Assembly: GCA_041640635.1 (NCBI GenBank) | Contig: JBEPZX010000003.1 | Span: 1-64,000, forward strand | Reading direction: 5' to 3' | Source of the DNA: Aquificaceae bacterium | GTDB lineage: Bacteria; Aquificota; Aquificia; Aquificales; Aquificaceae | Length of the DNA stretch: 64,000 nt | Shown here: positions 61,880 to 64,000 of the stretch, piece by piece | Layout: each line of letters opens with the position of its first letter | Position numbering within the stretch: position 1 is the first letter of the stretch | Position numbers and translations under genes: made by a program | Notes under the pieces: model-generated | Told to the model about the DNA's origin: nothing | Seen by the model: only the letters and a program-made list of their open reading frames with translations | Databases searched by the model: none

Positions 61880-62449
61880 GTGAGTGTAGTTTTCTTTGAT
61901 TTTGACAAAACTTTAACTACTCGAGACACCTTACTGCCATTTGCCTTTCATGTATGCAGAAAGACAAAAAGATTAGCTTCCTTCTTAACACTGATTTTTT
62001 GTTACATGTTACTTAGACTTAAATTGATCTCTAATAAAGATTTCAAAAGCCTGTTTTTAAGGTTTGTTATAAACGGTATCACCCAAGAAGATTTAAAAGA
62101 TATTGTATCGGAGTTTGAAAATTCCTTTATAAAAAACCATCTGAATAGACCCGTTTTTGACAAGTTTAGGGAGTATATCGAAAGTGGTTGCAAGGTAGTA
62201 ATCGTATCTTCCAATTTTGACATATTGCTGGAAAACTTATCTATGATTAACAAAGCGCTCATAATATCAACACAAACTGATTACAAGGATAAAAGGTACT
62301 ACATTAAAGGAGATGTGTGCGCAGGCGAAGAAAAACTCAAAAAGATAGAAGCTATTTTTGGAAAAAGAATATTCGAAGAAGCAATATTTTACGGTGACAA
62401 GGAAGATAAAATTTTACTAAGAGCTTTCAAGACGAGCATAGAAGTATGA
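61880..62449 (+). CDS. HAD-superfamily hydrolase (IB-like)
   Basis: FFDFDKTLT motif I, IVSS motif II, GEEK and YGD..D; start uncertain (GTG 61880 or ATG 61763). Confidence 0.8.
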   Translation: MSVVFFDFDKTLTTRDTLLPFAFHVCRKTKRLASFLTLIFCYMLLRLKLISNKDFKSLFLRFVINGITQEDLKDIVSEFENSFIKNHLNRPVFDKFREYIESGCKVVIVSSNFDILLENLSMINKALIISTQTDYKDKRYYIKGDVCAGEEKLKKIEAIFGKRIFEEAIFYGDKEDKILLRAFKTSIEV

Positions 62450-63558
62450 TGGTATTTGAGGGGTTTTTCTTCTTTAGAGGTCGTGTGGCTCTGTATGCCA
62501 TCTTAAAAGCCATGGGTGTAGGACCAGGTGATGAGGTTATACTCCCAGGCTTTACGTGTGTAGTTGTGCCTAACGCAATTGTTTATCTTGGCGCAAAGCC
62601 GGTCTATGTGGATATAGACCCACAAACTTACAACATAGACCCAGACAAAATAAAGGATAAGATTACGAATAAAACCAAAGCGATTATAGCTCAGCACACC
62701 TTTGGAATCCCCGCACACATGGATCAAATACAGAGCATCGCCAGAGAGTATAATCTTTATGTCATCGAAGACTCTTGTCACACCTTAGGTTCTAAATACA
62801 AAGGGAAAGAAGTAGGAAGCTTATCCGATGCGGCTTTTTTCTCTTCCCAGTGGTCAAAACCCGTAACCACTGGCTTGGGTGGCTGGGCTGTGGTGAACAA
62901 CCAGGAAGTAAGGGAAAACTTGAGCCGAATTTACAATCAGTTCTTAGAACCTAGCTTTCTAGAAGTTGCGCTTTTGAGACTTGAGTATTTAGTTTATTCA
63001 AAGTTTCTAAGTCCAGATATATTTTGGTTTGCCATAGACTTATACAGAAAGCTTTCTTCAAAGAAGATCTTAGTTGGTTCCTCCGAGAGCTGTGAGCTAA
63101 AGAGCGTAAAACCTAAAGGTTACGAAAAGAAGATGTCAGCTTGGCAAAGGCAAACGCTCGAGAGACAACTCAAAAGCCTTCAGCAGATAATAAACCACAG
63201 AAAATGGGTCACATCACAGTACGAAAAACACCTAAAAGATATGGGCATACAGACCCTAAGGCTTCCTGATTATATGGAGCCAGTTTTGCTAAGGTATCCT
63301 ATACTTGTAAAGGACAAAGAAAGAGTAATACAGATGGCAAGAAGGGAGAGGATAGAACTAGGCGACTGGTTTTTGTCTCCAGTTCATCCGAACCTTGAAG
63401 GGTGGGAACAGGTATTTTACTATAAAGGAATGTGTCCCATTTCCGAAGACATCTGCCAGCGTATAGTAAACCTTCCCACCCACACCAAGATAAAAGAAAA
63501 AGAAATAGAAAAGACGATGGAGTTTTTAGCGAAACTCAAAAAAGAGGGACTCCTATGA
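62446..63558 (+). CDS. DegT/DnrJ/EryC1/StrS family PLP-dependent protein
   Basis: GRVAL, FTCVVV, QHTFG, EDSCH, SSQWSKP (PLP Lys) and NLPTH motifs. Confidence 0.88.
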   Translation: MMVFEGFFFFRGRVALYAILKAMGVGPGDEVILPGFTCVVVPNAIVYLGAKPVYVDIDPQTYNIDPDKIKDKITNKTKAIIAQHTFGIPAHMDQIQSIAREYNLYVIEDSCHTLGSKYKGKEVGSLSDAAFFSSQWSKPVTTGLGGWAVVNNQEVRENLSRIYNQFLEPSFLEVALLRLEYLVYSKFLSPDIFWFAIDLYRKLSSKKILVGSSESCELKSVKPKGYEKKMSAWQRQTLERQLKSLQQIINHRKWVTSQYEKHLKDMGIQTLRLPDYMEPVLLRYPILVKDKERVIQMARRERIELGDWFLSPVHPNLEGWEQVFYYKGMCPISEDICQRIVNLPTHTKIKEKEIEKTMEFLAKLKKEGLL

Positions 63559-64000
63559 AGGACTTCTTACCTTTTTATGTGCCAGACATAGGACAAGAGG
63601 AGATAGACGAGGTTATAGATACCCTGCGCTCTGGGTGGATCACCACAGGTCCAAAAACTAAGCAGTTTGAAGAGGAGTTTGCCCAGTTTTTAGGTGGCAA
63701 TGTAGAAGCCATAGCTGTTAACTCCGCCACGGCGGGTTTGCACTTGGCACTGGAAGCCATCGGCATAGGTCCGGGCGATGAGGTTATAACCACAACTTAC
63801 ACCTTTACGGCAACCGCCGAAGTGGTTCGCTACCTTGGAGCCGATCCTGTATTTGTAGACGTAGATCCAAACACCTTAAACATAGATCCTCTTCAGATAG
63901 AAAAAGCCATCACACCAAGAACCAAAGCGATAGTGGTGGTTCACTTTGCAGGTCTGTCCTGTGAGATGGACAGCATCCTCAAAATAGCCAAAAAGCACAA
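63555..64000 (+). CDS. DegT/ArnB-like aminotransferase, partial (runs off the window end)
   Basis: ATGA overlap; [39 protein letters not shown]...[11 protein letters not shown]...VVHFAG. Confidence 0.9.
   Translation, partial: MKDFLPFYVPDIGQEEIDEVIDTLRSGWITTGPKTKQFEEEFAQFLGGNVEAIAVNSATAGLHLALEAIGIGPGDEVITTTYTFTATAEVVRYLGADPVFVDVDPNTLNIDPLQIEKAITPRTKAIVVVHFAGLSCEMDSILKIAKKH

Noticed and set aside
1..64000. CRISPR arrays, rRNA, tRNA, IS elements, prophage genes, JUMPstart/ops element
   Set aside because: None recognised by eye; a covariance or profile search would be needed to exclude them fully.

Overview
Bacterial chromosomal window, most likely from a thermophilic member of the Aquificaceae. 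This is inferred from the split C-terminal-only CarB, the THEP1-type NTPase and the scrambled housekeeping gene order. Bases 1-20.2 kb are a densely packed core region: metF, pilD, leuD, pyrE, der, hemY, thiG/thiS, nfi, recO, gcvT, tpiA, trpE, carB C-half, plus an SRP RNA gene hidden inside the ORF track's over-extended trpE. From about 20.4 kb to the end of the window lies a large, mosaic surface-polysaccharide region. It contains a group-4-capsule-like export block (SLBB/KpsD-like exporter, YjbH/GfcD barrel, YjbE/GfcA-like peptide, Wzz-like co-polymerase), Wzy, two Wzx, many glycosyltransferases, GDP-fucose genes, three asnB copies (one decayed), four DegT aminotransferases and several gene remnants. 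The most unusual element sits inside the translationally coupled UDP-2,3-diacetamido-uronic-acid (WbpA/B/D/E/I-type) operon. There, a small antitoxin-like gene is followed by a PIN (VapC-like) domain fused in frame to the WbpE-type aminotransferase. A second recurring signal is a -10 hexamer only 6-9 nt upstream of many start codons, including overlapping back-to-back promoters in 14-33 bp divergent gaps, which suggests widespread leaderless transcription. All family assignments come from motif recognition by eye, not from database searches.
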